The notes: generated by a model not told the origin, from the letters alone. Positions 21,701 to 32,200 are shown, counted from the first letter of the stretch. The stretch is DNA of 64,000 nt from Magnetococcales bacterium (GCA_015232405.1 JADFZS010000004.1:12053-76052), one strand, 5' to 3'. Numbers and translations are program-made.

Positions 21701-21964
21701 TTAGTTTACAAAATATGGGTGATACAGATCGTCTTCGATAGATGGTTTTTTGTTAACTACGCCTTGGCTTGGGAACTCTCCCCGCAATAAACCAAACTCT
21801 GTCTGCTCGATGAACTCTTCCGGTGTTAGAATACCGTTTAAAGCTAGTGGAAGAGGGATATTGTTGTAAGGAACTGTGGATTGGTAAGTAGTTGACTCTT
21901 GCATTTTATACTCCAAATAGAGGTATGAACAGATTGTATAATTGGGGTTCAAGAGATGTGCCAT
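21701..21964 (-). CDS. Hypothetical protein
   Basis: ORF only, no motif recognised. Confidence 0.4.
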   Translation of the reverse strand: MAHLLNPNYTICSYLYLEYKMQESTTYQSTVPYNNIPLPLALNGILTPEEFIEQTEFGLLRGEFPSQGVVNKKPSIEDDLYHPYFVN

Positions 21965-22192
21965 TTTTTTGGTTTCATTAATTTATTTTTACAAGCGATA
22001 ATAGCAGAGATGATTTGTCAAATTAAGATTTTGTAACTTACTTACTGATCTGATACGATTTTTTGTAAAAAGACGTTTGTAGCTATTATTGGCTTATTTT
22101 ATCAAGTTCCTTTTTCTAATCAGCTTGTTATGTAGTTCTATATGTAAATTGTAATAAATTGCTTTTTTTTCTATTTTTTTAGGTCTTTTTTT

Positions 22193-22624
22193 ATGGTGGG
22201 TATTCTTTCAAAGTGGTCAAAAAACCGAGACGCGGCAAAAACTCTCAAGGTTGGGCGTCAATTTCTAAAGGAAAACGCCAAAAAGAAGGGGGTTATTACC
22301 ACAAGCAGTGGTTTGCAGTATAAAGTGGTAAAAACGGGTGTCGGACAGAGAGCCAAAGGGTGGCATAAGGCTACTGTTCATTATCGGGGAACATTTATCA
22401 ACGGGGTGGAATTTGATGCTACGGACCAGGAATCTGGTCCGGCAACATTCAAGGTAAGCGAAGTTATACCTGGCTGGTCGGAGGCGTTAAAGTTAATGCA
22501 GCCTGGGAGTATATTCGAGCTATTCATACCCAGTGAGTTGGCTTATGGTAAAAAGGGAGCAGAAGATATTATTGCTCCCAACGAGACATTGATTTTTACT
22601 ACTGAATTGATAAGTTTAAGCTAG
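22193..22624 (+). CDS. FKBP-type peptidyl-prolyl isomerase
   Basis: SGLQYKV, VHYRGTFING, VIPGWSEAL, IPSELAYG. Confidence 0.95.
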   Translation: MVGILSKWSKNRDAAKTLKVGRQFLKENAKKKGVITTSSGLQYKVVKTGVGQRAKGWHKATVHYRGTFINGVEFDATDQESGPATFKVSEVIPGWSEALKLMQPGSIFELFIPSELAYGKKGAEDIIAPNETLIFTTELISLS

Positions 22625-22692
22625 CCTAGTTAACTTTTTGTTTATATGGTAAATTCAAACCAAATCTGGACAAAAAAATATTTTTATTATTA

Positions 22693-22822
22693 GGGGTGCA
22701 GGGGGATTATCTCCCTGCTGGGTTTGGGCGAAGCCCAAGGTTTTGCCTTTGTTTTTAAGTCTTTACATTCAAAAGTGTGGGGGTTTGGGGCCTGCAAGGC
22801 CTCCCAAGGTTTTGCTTTTGAC
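22693..22822 (+). repeat. REP-like half element related to the arms of the cruciform elements
   Basis: GGGGTGCAGGGGGATTATCTCCCTGC-TGGGTTTGGGCGAAGCCCAAGGTTTTG, then a second degenerate GGGTTTGGG...CCCAAGGTTTTG. Confidence 0.75.
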
Positions 22823-22845
22823 TGTATATTTTTGATTTAAAATCA

Positions 22846-23322
22846 CTATACATCGATATTTTTCAGCTCTTCATCAATTCGTGCCTGCATTTTTTTATCG
22901 GTATCGGTAGTTGGTGTTGCAGTTTTAATACTGTTTTTCTTCCATTTTTTAAATGCTGTTATCAGGGCAAGCGCACCTATGATCAGTCCGAAAGCGGGAC
23001 CAAACCAGAGCAGCATGTTCATACCGGACTTTGTAGGTTTGAGGTATATGTAGTCACCGTAGCGTTGGAAGAAATAGTCTCTTATGGAGGCTTCGCTTTC
23101 TCCGGCGTTTACTTTATCTCTGATGACCTCAAGCATATCTTTGGCGAGGTCTGAGTTAGACTCATAGATAGACTGGTTTTGGCAAACGGCACAGCGGAGA
23201 TCTTTAGCGATGGTTCTTACGAGAGCTTCGCTGGGATCTTCATTTTTGGTTGTTGCAGATAGTGGCGATGCTGTTAAAAACAGTATTGCAAACAGTATTA
23301 TAAGATTTAGATATCGTCTCAT
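22846..23322 (-). CDS. ccmH: Cytochrome c biogenesis protein CcmH
   Basis: LRCAVCQNQSI, RYGDYI. Start taken at MRRYL. Confidence 0.93.
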   Translation of the reverse strand: MRRYLNLIILFAILFLTASPLSATTKNEDPSEALVRTIAKDLRCAVCQNQSIYESNSDLAKDMLEVIRDKVNAGESEASIRDYFFQRYGDYIYLKPTKSGMNMLLWFGPAFGLIIGALALITAFKKWKKNSIKTATPTTDTDKKMQARIDEELKNIDV

Positions 23323-23323
23323 A

Positions 23324-23875
23324 TCATGTTTTCCCACCTGAGTTTGTTCCTTGGATTTGTGGCAGAGCGATTTTTTCAAACCAGCCGAAGTATAGGGGTC
23401 CGGTATGTTTTAATCTTATCATACCTGTGGGGTCCACAAGGTAAGATTCTGGTGCACCGTATACCCCCCAATCTATTGCTATTTTTTGTTTAGGGTCAAA
23501 GGCGTGTTTATAGCCGGGGTCGCCGTGACGTTGCAGAAATCTATTGGCTCCTTCTCTGGTATCGCGAAAGTCCACACCAATTATCAGAAAATCATCTCGT
23601 TTATCGGCGATTCTAGCTAGTTCCAGCAGATATGGATGTTCGGCAACACAGCTGATGCACCAGGAGCCCCAGAAGTTTACTAGCACCCATTTTCCTTTAT
23701 AGTCAGAAAGGGAGATATTACCGTTACCTTTAAGGGTAGGTGCGGTAAAATCTGATGCTGGTTTATTTACCAGTGGCGAGGGTATATCTCGGGGATCATT
23801 GCCCAAACCTCCGGCAAACAGGGCCATGATGACAACGAGAGATAGTAGCAGGATAATTTTCCAGGAATTTTTCAT
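23324..23875 (-). CDS. ccmG: Thiol:disulfide interchange protein CcmG/DsbE
   Basis: NFWGSWCISC, WGVYGAPESYL. Confidence 0.95.
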   Translation of the reverse strand: MKNSWKIILLLSLVVIMALFAGGLGNDPRDIPSPLVNKPASDFTAPTLKGNGNISLSDYKGKWVLVNFWGSWCISCVAEHPYLLELARIADKRDDFLIIGVDFRDTREGANRFLQRHGDPGYKHAFDPKQKIAIDWGVYGAPESYLVDPTGMIRLKHTGPLYFGWFEKIALPQIQGTNSGGKT

Positions 23876-23924
23876 GATATCCTAATTAAAATAACAAAAT
23901 AAAATAACAAAAAATAAAACTAAT

Positions 23925-24336
23925 GGGGGTCCAGGGGAATCATTTCCCTGGTGGGTTTGGGCGAAGCCCAAGGTTCTGTCTTTGCTTTAAGGCCGAATTT
24001 ACAAAAGGCGTTTTTTTGCCTTTGCTTTTAAAAAAACGTCTCGGCCCGTATCTTAATTTATAAGTATATAATCCCAGTCTTTTTTGGGATTATATACTTA
24101 TAAATGCTATTTACCAATCACGGGTTGGATTAAATCCGACCGTTGGTAGGTAAAGGATGCTAGCAAAGGTAGAAAACCCCCAAAAGCTGGGTTTTCTACC
24201 TTTGCTAGCGAATATACTAGCCGGGGGCTTTTTTTAAAAGGCACAAAAAAAGCCCTTTATAACTCCGGCTTTACAGCAACAGCAAAACCTTGGGCCTTGC
24301 CCAAACCCACCAGGGAAATGATTCCCCTGGACCCCC
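23925..24336. repeat. 412-bp cruciform palindromic element (REPIN/MITE-like), copy 1
   Basis: ~125-bp imperfect terminal inverted repeats (first 38 bp perfect), three internal hairpins, ACTAAT on both sides. Second copy at 34122-34528. Confidence 0.9.
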
Positions 24337-24360
24337 ACTAATACAGCCTTTTTTATATGC

Positions 24361-26325
24361 CTACTCCAGCTTTTTTTCCCTACTAATCCGCCCCTGCATA
24401 AGCGCAAATATAACACCCAACGCCATAATACCAGAACCAGTCCAAACCCAGACAATCAACGGATTTCTATAAACCCGAATAGACCAAACATCCTTCTTGA
24501 CCTCATCACCCAACACCACATAGATATCCTCAAACCACGTGGTGTGAATAGCTGCCTCAGTAGTGGGTTGCGAAGTCTCATTATAAACTCGCTTCTGCGG
24601 CCTTAACTCAACAGAAAAACCACTATCATGCTCAGCCGTTATAACCGCCTCAACCGCTCGCCAGTTGTATTTACTCGCTGTACCTACCCTGTCCAAAGTG
24701 AAATTCCAAGAACCAACCTTAACCTTGTCCCCAGATGTCATGAATAGGTTCTTCTCCTCCTGATATAAACCAGAACCGATAAAACCAGCAGCCATAACCA
24801 AAATACCAAAATGTACTACAAAACCTCCATAACGACGCTTGTTTCTACTAATAAGCTGCCACAAAGTGGTAACAGCCGAACCCGACTCCCGGTTTTTCAT
24901 ACGGGCAACAACCTTCCTGCGAGTGTCCAATATATGGGTCGCCAAAACAAAAGCCATCACCACAGATGTGCTAATTCCATAAAAATTGCCCATGCCCATA
25001 GCCCAAGCGGCAATGCCCGTAACAACAGCAAATATGGTCGGTATTAATAAATCCCGCTTTAACTGCCTGAAACTTGCCTTGCGCCACGAAATAACCGGAC
25101 CTATACCCATCATCAATATGATACCCAACATAATCGGGATGAAGACCGCATTATAATATGGAGCACCCACCGAGACCTTGGAATCAGACCAAGTCTCGAC
25201 AGCTAATGGATACAACGTGCCCAATAACACCGTTAAGGTGGCAACCAACAAAAATAGATTATTAAATAAAAATGCCGACTCCTTTGATAGTGGGTTTTCA
25301 AGCTTGATGTCGGTCTCTAGATGCTCCGATTTCATGGTCAACAGACCAAAGGAGAAAAATAGCAATACCGTCATAAATGCTAAAATATACACCCCTCGAC
25401 CAGGATCAGAAGCAAAAGAGTGGACCGAAGATAAAACCCCGGATCTCACCAAGAATGTACCCAAAATCGCCAAGGCAAACGTCATGGTAACCAAAAAGAC
25501 GTTCCAGGTTTTAAACATCTGTCGCTGCTCTTGCACCATTACCGAATGTAAAAATGCCGTCGCCGTCAACCACGGCATAAATGAGGCGTTCTCCACCGGG
25601 TCCCACGCCCAATATCCACCCCAACCAAGCTCGTAATAGGCCCAATAAGCACCAAAAACAATTCCCGTCGTCAACATGGCCCATGAAAAAAGAGTCCATC
25701 TTCTCGTTGCCACAAGCCACTCTTCATCAGCCTGACCAGTTATCAATGCTGCCATGGCAAATGCATAAGGTATGGCAAAACCAACATAACCCATGTAGAG
25801 AAATGGTGGATGAAATACCATGCCTGGATCTTGTAAAAGAGGATTTAAATCTTTTCCATCAAATGGTGGTGGTATCAATCTCTCAAATGGAGTCGATAAA
25901 AACAGCACCAACAACAAAAAGCCCACTAAAAGAGCACCCAAAATAGCCAATACATAAGGCATGGATACCGGATGGGTCTTCCAATGCCGCCATGCTGCTA
26001 CACCGATATAAACAGAAAGCAACCACGCCCAGAGTAACAAAGAGCCTTCATGACCACCCCACATAGCTGTCGCCAGATAAAATATTGGTAGATCCAACGA
26101 GGCGTGTTTGGCTACATAAAGAACTGAAAAATCATGATTTAAAAAAGAGTTGACCAAACCAACAGTGGAAACAGTCAAAAGCAGTGCGACAACAACGGCA
26201 GAATGCCTGCCAACACGTATCCATGCGTTATTACCACTTGTTACCCCATACAGAGAGGAGAATATCTGTAAAAATGTTAAGATCAGTGCCAAAAGGGCAG
26301 AAAAATGGGCAATTTCAATCCACAC
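24361..26325 (-). CDS. ccmF: Heme lyase CcmF
   Basis: HPPFLYMGYVG, WGGYWAWDPVENAS, SVHSFA. Confidence 0.97.
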   Translation of the reverse strand: MWIEIAHFSALLALILTFLQIFSSLYGVTSGNNAWIRVGRHSAVVVALLLTVSTVGLVNSFLNHDFSVLYVAKHASLDLPIFYLATAMWGGHEGSLLLWAWLLSVYIGVAAWRHWKTHPVSMPYVLAILGALLVGFLLLVLFLSTPFERLIPPPFDGKDLNPLLQDPGMVFHPPFLYMGYVGFAIPYAFAMAALITGQADEEWLVATRRWTLFSWAMLTTGIVFGAYWAYYELGWGGYWAWDPVENASFMPWLTATAFLHSVMVQEQRQMFKTWNVFLVTMTFALAILGTFLVRSGVLSSVHSFASDPGRGVYILAFMTVLLFFSFGLLTMKSEHLETDIKLENPLSKESAFLFNNLFLLVATLTVLLGTLYPLAVETWSDSKVSVGAPYYNAVFIPIMLGIILMMGIGPVISWRKASFRQLKRDLLIPTIFAVVTGIAAWAMGMGNFYGISTSVVMAFVLATHILDTRRKVVARMKNRESGSAVTTLWQLISRNKRRYGGFVVHFGILVMAAGFIGSGLYQEEKNLFMTSGDKVKVGSWNFTLDRVGTASKYNWRAVEAVITAEHDSGFSVELRPQKRVYNETSQPTTEAAIHTTWFEDIYVVLGDEVKKDVWSIRVYRNPLIVWVWTGSGIMALGVIFALMQGRISREKKLE

Positions 26326-26440
26326 AAAAACACCTCGGATTATCTACTTGTATTTACAAAAAAATTATTAAAAAACACTACCAGCAAGTACCGGGGTTGA
26401 ATCGAAGAAAAAACCCCAAAAAAATATCACCTTCAAAAAT

Positions 26441-26896
26441 CTATTGCATAGATTTCAAAATCGACTTCTTGGCCTTGGCAATACCCTCTTCACTCATCTC
26501 AACAGGCATATAATCCTCGGAGTGTTTAGCCAATATAGACTTAGCCATAAAATCTTGACCACCCTGCCACATACCCTCAACAATTACACCTTGGCCCTCC
26601 CGGAAAAGGTCCGGCAGCATACCGTCATAGCGCACAGGAAACATATTCTCCCCATCTGTAACCAAAAAGCGGATTTTCAGGGTTCCCTCCTCCTTTACCA
26701 AAGAACCCTCCTGCACCATGCCACCAATTCTCACGGTTTTACCATCCAGGTTATCACTTTTTTGGATAATTTCCGTCGGTGTATAAAAATAGACCAACGA
26801 ACCGGTAAATGAAGAGAATACCAACGATAACAATGCTCCACCCACAACCAGAACCGTGAGCATGAGAAATAGCCGTTTTTGCTTTTTTTTCATCAT
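26441..26896 (-). CDS. ccmE: Heme chaperone CcmE
   Basis: LPDLFREGQGVIVEG, LAKHSEDY. Confidence 0.95.
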   Translation of the reverse strand: MMKKKQKRLFLMLTVLVVGGALLSLVFSSFTGSLVYFYTPTEIIQKSDNLDGKTVRIGGMVQEGSLVKEEGTLKIRFLVTDGENMFPVRYDGMLPDLFREGQGVIVEGMWQGGQDFMAKSILAKHSEDYMPVEMSEEGIAKAKKSILKSMQ

Positions 26897-27024
26897 GAGG
26901 TTTTCTGCTCTTTCAACTGTTGTTGCGCCCGCTTAAGACCCCTTTGCCACTTAAGGGTGAGAACACCGTAGACCACTGTGGCAACACCATAAACAGCAAT
27001 AACGTAGGGTGTGTAATCAATCAT
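26893..27024 (-). CDS. ccmD: Heme exporter protein CcmD (43 aa, absent from the ORF track)
   Basis: MIDYTPYVIAVYGVATVVYGVLTLKWQRGLKRAQQQLKEQKTS*: TM plus basic tail, between ccmC and ccmE with overlapping start/stop codons. Confidence 0.85.
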   Translation of the reverse strand: MIDYTPYVIAVYGVATVVYGVLTLKWQRGLKRAQQQLKEQKTS

Positions 27025-27712
27025 CTTCTTCCATCCTTTCAATATCCAACGCTTCTAGCTGCCTTAATGCAGCCACCTCACGGGCCTTTACCACCACCAA
27101 ATAGGCGCCCATAAGGATAAAAGCAATAGCCATTACCAGCAGAGGTGGCAACAGATCACCAGTTATCGTGGGGTTGCCAGAAGCACCACCAAACGATGGA
27201 GGCTGATGCAAAGTACGCCACCAAACTACAGAATAATGTATAATAGGCAGATCCACCGCCCCGATTATAGCTAAAATTGCCGTAGCACGGGCCGCTTTTG
27301 TCGGCTCTTCCAATGAACTACGCAGTGCCATCAAACCCATAAATATGATCAAAAGCACCAACATGGAGGTAAGACGAGCATCCCATGCCCACCATGTACC
27401 CCACATGGGTTTTCCCCATATAGAGCCAGAAGCAAGGGTTACAGCTGTAAATGCGGCACCCACGGGAGCCGCAGCTTCCGCAATGATATCTGCTGTCTCG
27501 CTCTTTTTAACAAGATATGTGATGCTGGCAATGGTTAACAGTATATAGCTAAAAAGAGACATTTTGGCTGATGTAACATGGGCATATAATATCCGCACCG
27601 AGTTGCCCTGCTGAAAATCAATGGGGGCATTGAACACCATCCATAGACCAACACCCAACCACAACAGAGCCATGAATCCTAACGGTCGTTGTATGCGAGC
27701 TAATAAATTCAT
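27017..27712 (-). CDS. ccmC: Heme ABC exporter permease CcmC
   Basis: WGKPMWGTWWAWDARLTS. Confidence 0.97.
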   Translation of the reverse strand: MNLLARIQRPLGFMALLWLGVGLWMVFNAPIDFQQGNSVRILYAHVTSAKMSLFSYILLTIASITYLVKKSETADIIAEAAAPVGAAFTAVTLASGSIWGKPMWGTWWAWDARLTSMLVLLIIFMGLMALRSSLEEPTKAARATAILAIIGAVDLPIIHYSVVWWRTLHQPPSFGGASGNPTITGDLLPPLLVMAIAFILMGAYLVVVKAREVAALRQLEALDIERMEEDD

Positions 27713-27721
27713 TGCCTAAAT

Positions 27722-28387
27722 CTACTCCTCAACCAGCCAAGAAAAACCCCAAGGGGCCAAGGCGAGATAAACCATATCAAAAATCAGCAGCAGTTTAATC
27801 CAGGGCCAGGGTTGACCATCTGCGACCATAACACCGGCTGTGGCCTGTACTCCCGCTATTAATAGGGGAGCCACCAGAGGCAACAGAAGCAGTGCCAATA
27901 GTGTCTCTCTCGATCTTGCTGCCTGGGTCATGGCAGCCAGCAGCACTCCCAACCCGGTTAAACCCAATATTCCCAAGACCAACACCCCAAAAATATGATG
28001 TATAACATGCCATGCGTCAACATTGAAAAGGATCATGGTCAAAGGTAAAATCATAGCTTGCACAAGCAGGGTCAAAAACAGATTTCCCAACCATTTACCG
28101 AGAAAAATAATACCCCGGGGAACCGATGCCAACAACAATCCCTCAAAGGCTCCATTCTCCTCCTCGGCCTGAAACACCCGTCCCAACCCCATCAAACTGG
28201 TAAACAGAACCGTCGCCCAGACAAGACCCGGTAACAGTTTGACCGCAGCCTGCCTGTCAGGTTCAAAAGCAGCTTGAAAAACCACTAAAACTGCAATGGC
28301 AAAAAAAAGCATGGACGAAAGAGAAGAACGGCGACGAAGATCACCCACCATATCTTTCCAGGCTATTCGATAGGCTGCTTTTAACAA
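27722..28387 (-). CDS. ccmB: Heme exporter CcmB
   Basis: Multi-TM protein, EENGAFEGLLL, LLLPLVAPLLI, operon position. Confidence 0.93.
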   Translation of the reverse strand: MLKAAYRIAWKDMVGDLRRRSSLSSMLFFAIAVLVVFQAAFEPDRQAAVKLLPGLVWATVLFTSLMGLGRVFQAEEENGAFEGLLLASVPRGIIFLGKWLGNLFLTLLVQAMILPLTMILFNVDAWHVIHHIFGVLVLGILGLTGLGVLLAAMTQAARSRETLLALLLLPLVAPLLIAGVQATAGVMVADGQPWPWIKLLLIFDMVYLALAPWGFSWLVEE

Positions 28388-29040
28388 GTGACCACCTCCC
28401 CTTCCGGCAACAGGCGACCCTTCTTTAAAAATTGTGGTTTATGATCAAGAGCAGCAACCCGTTGGGGATCATGGCTTGCCATGATAATCATACCACCACC
28501 TTTGAGAAAATCTGTCAAAATGGAATTCAACCAATTAACACCCTGAGCATCTAAAGCGGAATATGGCTCATCCAACAGTAAAAGAGATGGTTTGGCTATT
28601 AGAACACGGGCCAGTGTCAGCCGTTTTTTCATGCCGGCAGAAAACCAACGGCTCGGTCTGTCGGCAAAACGACCAAGACCCACCGTTTCGATTGTTTTAC
28701 GAATAGCATCATCAGAAGGGGTCAGCTGTCTGAGATCGGCAAAAAAAAGTAGATTTTCAACCGGGGTAAGATGTCCATAAAGGTGGCTGTTATGGCTGAC
28801 AAATACCAATTTATCGCGGATTTCATCACCATGGTTTTTTGAGTCCAAACCATCAAGGGTGTACTGCCCTTTTTGTAGAGAAAAACGTGTGGACAAAAGG
28901 GTAAGAAGGGTGGATTTACCAGAGCCGTTATCACCAAACAGAACAACACAATCGCCAGCGTGCATGGTCAATTCGATGCCTTGCAATACTTTATGTCTGC
29001 CAAATCGGTGATGCAAACCTGTTACTGCTAACTTAACCAT
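28381..29040 (-). CDS. ccmA: Heme ABC exporter ATPase CcmA
   Basis: GDNGSGKS, FSAGMKKR, LLLDEP. Confidence 0.93.
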   Translation of the reverse strand: MVKLAVTGLHHRFGRHKVLQGIELTMHAGDCVVLFGDNGSGKSTLLTLLSTRFSLQKGQYTLDGLDSKNHGDEIRDKLVFVSHNSHLYGHLTPVENLLFFADLRQLTPSDDAIRKTIETVGLGRFADRPSRWFSAGMKKRLTLARVLIAKPSLLLLDEPYSALDAQGVNWLNSILTDFLKGGGMIIMASHDPQRVAALDHKPQFLKKGRLLPEGEVVTC

Positions 29041-29134
29041 ATATGCACTTAGCTCGGACAGTTAAAGATATCCGGGTTGGGAATTAAATAAAGTGTAGAG
29101 ATGCTTTGATCCCAAAAAATGGTAGTTGAAACTG

Positions 29135-30220
29135 TTATCGCTTAGAAGGTTTAATCAGACGGCCTTCCATACCAATTTTTTCTTTAATCAGTCGCCCTGC
29201 CTTTTCGGCCTTGGTTCTTGTGGAAAAAGGCCCCAAACGAACCCGGTAGTACGTCTTGGACCGGATATTGGCAGTCTCCTGATAAACTGGCATTCTCTTA
29301 CCGTTGAACATAACAGAGCGTAGCTTGCTTTGCAACGCCCTGGACCGTTCAGCATTGGATAAGGAGGCTATCTGCATGGAGTAACCATTTTTTGGGGTTA
29401 CACTACCACTGGGCTCAACAGCTCTTGCTGGCTCTTTTTTCGCAACTGGTTTTACACTGTTTAGCTGTTTTTTGGCTACATACTGTTTCGGCTGCTGATT
29501 TTGTTGCGCCTTTTTTTGTTTAGCTAAAGCGTCAGCTATAGCTTTGCTGAAATCTATATTTGTCGGTGGCAACTCTTTTGCCCTATTGGTCACAGGCTGC
29601 TGTTTTGCTGCTTTACTTCTCTCCAATGCCCTTTTACTTGCTAGCTCAGCCTCTCTTATCCTTCTGGCAGCTTCCTGTTTTGCCTCCTGGGCTTTTTTCA
29701 ATTTTTCGGCATTGGCCTGTTTTAATTTATCCGCTTCGGCTTTTTTCTTTTTGGCCTCAGCCAGTTTTCTTGCCTCTTCCTTTTTAAAGGCCACCTCTTT
29801 ACGAACCGCCTCTAGTTCAGCTGGAGAACGGTTCCACCCACCTTGCAACTCCTCATCAGGAGTTTGACCACCTAGAACATGTCCCTCCTCAGGGGGAGCC
29901 TCTGCATTTTGTTGCTCTTTTGTAGGCAGACTCTCTCCAGGTTTAAGAACAGTACGATTGTTTAATTTTTCATAATTAAGTTCATCGTTGACATGGTTAC
30001 TAAACACCGCAGCTGTTCCAGACAACCCCTTATTCTGATATCTATCTGAACGCCCCATTCTGTCGGTCAATTTGACCATGGGCCGTTTTGCCACATCCTC
30101 TTCGACCAGATCTGATGGAGAGCTGACCATATTGAAGATGACAACAACGAGTATCAACAGAAGGATGACACCGCCAGTTATCAAAAAAAGTTGCTGTTCT
30201 CTGTTGGGTGAAGCTTTCAT
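29135..30220 (-). CDS. SPOR-domain protein (FtsN/DedD-like)
   Basis: N-terminal TM, charged linker, C-terminal YSMQIASL...YYRVRLGPF. Confidence 0.85.
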   Translation of the reverse strand: MKASPNREQQLFLITGGVILLLILVVVIFNMVSSPSDLVEEDVAKRPMVKLTDRMGRSDRYQNKGLSGTAAVFSNHVNDELNYEKLNNRTVLKPGESLPTKEQQNAEAPPEEGHVLGGQTPDEELQGGWNRSPAELEAVRKEVAFKKEEARKLAEAKKKKAEADKLKQANAEKLKKAQEAKQEAARRIREAELASKRALERSKAAKQQPVTNRAKELPPTNIDFSKAIADALAKQKKAQQNQQPKQYVAKKQLNSVKPVAKKEPARAVEPSGSVTPKNGYSMQIASLSNAERSRALQSKLRSVMFNGKRMPVYQETANIRSKTYYRVRLGPFSTRTKAEKAGRLIKEKIGMEGRLIKPSKR

Positions 30221-30285
30221 TTTAGGATATGAGACCCCTATTTTTACCTTGACGAAACAATAATTTTTCTTGCATTATTCCATCT

Positions 30286-30831
30286 ATGAAACATTGTGCA
30301 CTACTAACTATTTTTGGTAACGATCGCCCAGGCATTGTTGCCCAGGTGACCAAAGTCCTCTTTGAGACAGGCTGCAATATTGCAGACTCCAGTATGACCC
30401 GTCTGGGTGGGGAGTTTACAATAATGCTGATAGTCTGCTACCCAGAAGGTTTCACTTCTGAGCAATTATCCAATAAACTTATACCTGTCGTCAACGAAAT
30501 GGCACTTGAACACCATGTCAAAGATATTGAAACTTCCGCTGCTCTAAATCCTAATCCAACACAGCCCGAAAGGGAATGTATAATTAGCGTTCTAGGTGCG
30601 GATCAGCCCGGTATCGTCTATCGGGTGGCCGAAGCAATTCAAGATACAGGCGGAAATGTAAGCGATTTATACACGCAAGTCATTGGTTCACCTGATCGGC
30701 CAGTCTATACTATGATCATTGAAACAGAGTATTCCAGCAATATTGAGGCCATACAGAAGCGTTTAGATAAATTGGCTGTTGAGTTGCAGGTTGAAATCTC
30801 ATTGCGTATTGCGCAATCGGACCCACTATAG
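30286..30831 (+). CDS. GcvR-like double ACT domain protein
   Basis: GNDRPGIVA and GADQPGIVY ACT motifs. Confidence 0.88.
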   Translation: MKHCALLTIFGNDRPGIVAQVTKVLFETGCNIADSSMTRLGGEFTIMLIVCYPEGFTSEQLSNKLIPVVNEMALEHHVKDIETSAALNPNPTQPERECIISVLGADQPGIVYRVAEAIQDTGGNVSDLYTQVIGSPDRPVYTMIIETEYSSNIEAIQKRLDKLAVELQVEISLRIAQSDPL

Positions 30832-30860
30832 CAGACTTTTTATATTTTATGTGATTCCCC

Positions 30861-31397
30861 ATGGCTGTGCTGGACATTCTTATCTACCCTGATGAAAGGT
30901 TGCGAGGTATTTCTGAGGAGGTTGTCGATTTTGCCGACCCCCAACTGCAACAATTCATTGATGATCTAATCGATACCATGCATGCTGGTCCCGCCTGTGT
31001 AGGAGTAGCTGCTCCCCAGACTGGAAAACAGATCCGCTTGGTTTTAATGGACTGTTCCCTGGCTCGCAAGCCACCAGAAAATAACCATGGTCAACTTGTG
31101 GTGATAAATCCGGTAATACTTAATTGGGACGGTATGGATGTCGCTCGTGAGGGATGTCTCTCCCTGCCGGATTATACTGGTAATGTTATGCGAGCGGTTG
31201 ATATCACGGTACAATTTCAAGATCGCCATGGTAAAGAACATGCCCTTACCATGACCGAATTTGAAGCAAGGGTATTACAACATGAGATGGACCACCTTGA
31301 CGGCAAGCTTTTTACCGACCGTATAGTGAGCCGTAAAGCCGACCTGTTTCGCCGTAAAGTTCGTGGAGTAAAAAAGAAAAAAACTGCTCAACAATAG
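30861..31397 (+). CDS. def: Peptide deformylase
   Basis: GVAAPQ, EGCLS, QHEMDH. Confidence 0.96.
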   Translation: MAVLDILIYPDERLRGISEEVVDFADPQLQQFIDDLIDTMHAGPACVGVAAPQTGKQIRLVLMDCSLARKPPENNHGQLVVINPVILNWDGMDVAREGCLSLPDYTGNVMRAVDITVQFQDRHGKEHALTMTEFEARVLQHEMDHLDGKLFTDRIVSRKADLFRRKVRGVKKKKTAQQ

Positions 31398-31636
31398 CTG
31401 CCTTCCTTTTTTTTAGTTAAGGACAAGTAACCATCTCTTTAATTAACGATGTGTGGACTATTTGGTTTTTTTACAAATAGAGGCGGAAATTTGCTTGACG
31501 GCAAGCTAATATTGATTCAGAATTAACCGTTTTTCATCTAGTTGCTGTAAAAAATCATTTTTTGCTAGCTGGATACTTGACTAATAACAGACTCTTTATG
31601 GTAGTTACCATTTAAGAATTTTGTGAGGAAATAGCC

Positions 31637-31771
31637 GTGAAAAGAACTTTTCAACCCAGTACAATACGTCGTAGCCGTACCCACGGTTTTCGCTCTCGTA
31701 TGGCCACAAGAGCAGGACGCAAATTGCTCTCTCGCCGTCGCGCCCGTGGTCGTAAGCGTCTCTGTCCGTAA
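31637..31771 (+). CDS. rpmH: 50S ribosomal protein L34 (absent from the ORF track)
   Basis: GTG start: [44 protein letters not shown]. Confidence 0.98.
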   Translation: MKRTFQPSTIRRSRTHGFRSRMATRAGRKLLSRRRARGRKRLCP

Positions 31772-31804
31772 AGCTGTAGCTTTAAAAAATGATAGCATAG
31801 GCTT

Positions 31805-32194
31805 TTGAAGGTTGAAAAACAGGGGCTTTTGGGGGTAGGCAATAAATTTCCCAAATCGGCCCGTATATTGACCTCTGCTGGTTATCGTCATGTAACTGGT
31901 AGAAACACTAAAAAAAGCGTATCACCCCATTTTTTGCTATTTGTTTTGCTTAATAAAGGTGGTAAAGAGCCAAGATTGGGCATGACTGTAAGCAAAAAAG
32001 TTGGTAATGCTGTTGTGCGTAATCGGATTAAAAGGGTTGTCAGGGAATTTTTCCGGCAGAACAGATCCCTGCTTACTTCCTCATTTGATTGTGTAGTTAT
32101 CGCACGACCTCGTGCTGGCAAAACCAGTGGGGCTGAGTTAACAAAAAGTTTAGCTAAACTTTTTAGGCCATATCAAAAATCAATTGGTACTTAA
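31805..32194 (+). CDS. rnpA: Ribonuclease P protein component
   Basis: RLGMTVSKKVGNAVVRNRIKR. Confidence 0.97.
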   Translation: MKVEKQGLLGVGNKFPKSARILTSAGYRHVTGRNTKKSVSPHFLLFVLLNKGGKEPRLGMTVSKKVGNAVVRNRIKRVVREFFRQNRSLLTSSFDCVVIARPRAGKTSGAELTKSLAKLFRPYQKSIGT

Positions 32195-32200
32195 GAGCTT

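Noticed and set aside
23925-24336. Cruciform elements as a CRISPR array or simple terminators
   Set aside because: They are not tandem direct repeats with spacers and no cas genes are present. They are far larger than terminators and lie inside operons.
24234-24472. Small ORFs overlapping the element and the ccmF end
   Set aside because: Shadow ORFs of repeat or antisense sequence with no protein-like signal.
31398-31636. Possible oriC upstream of rpmH
   Set aside because: dnaA is not adjacent and I saw no cluster of TTATCCACA boxes.
31565-31891. Antisense ORFs over rpmH/rnpA and the many other 60-170 aa antisense ORFs in the track
   Set aside because: They overlap well-supported genes on the opposite strand and show no recognisable motifs.
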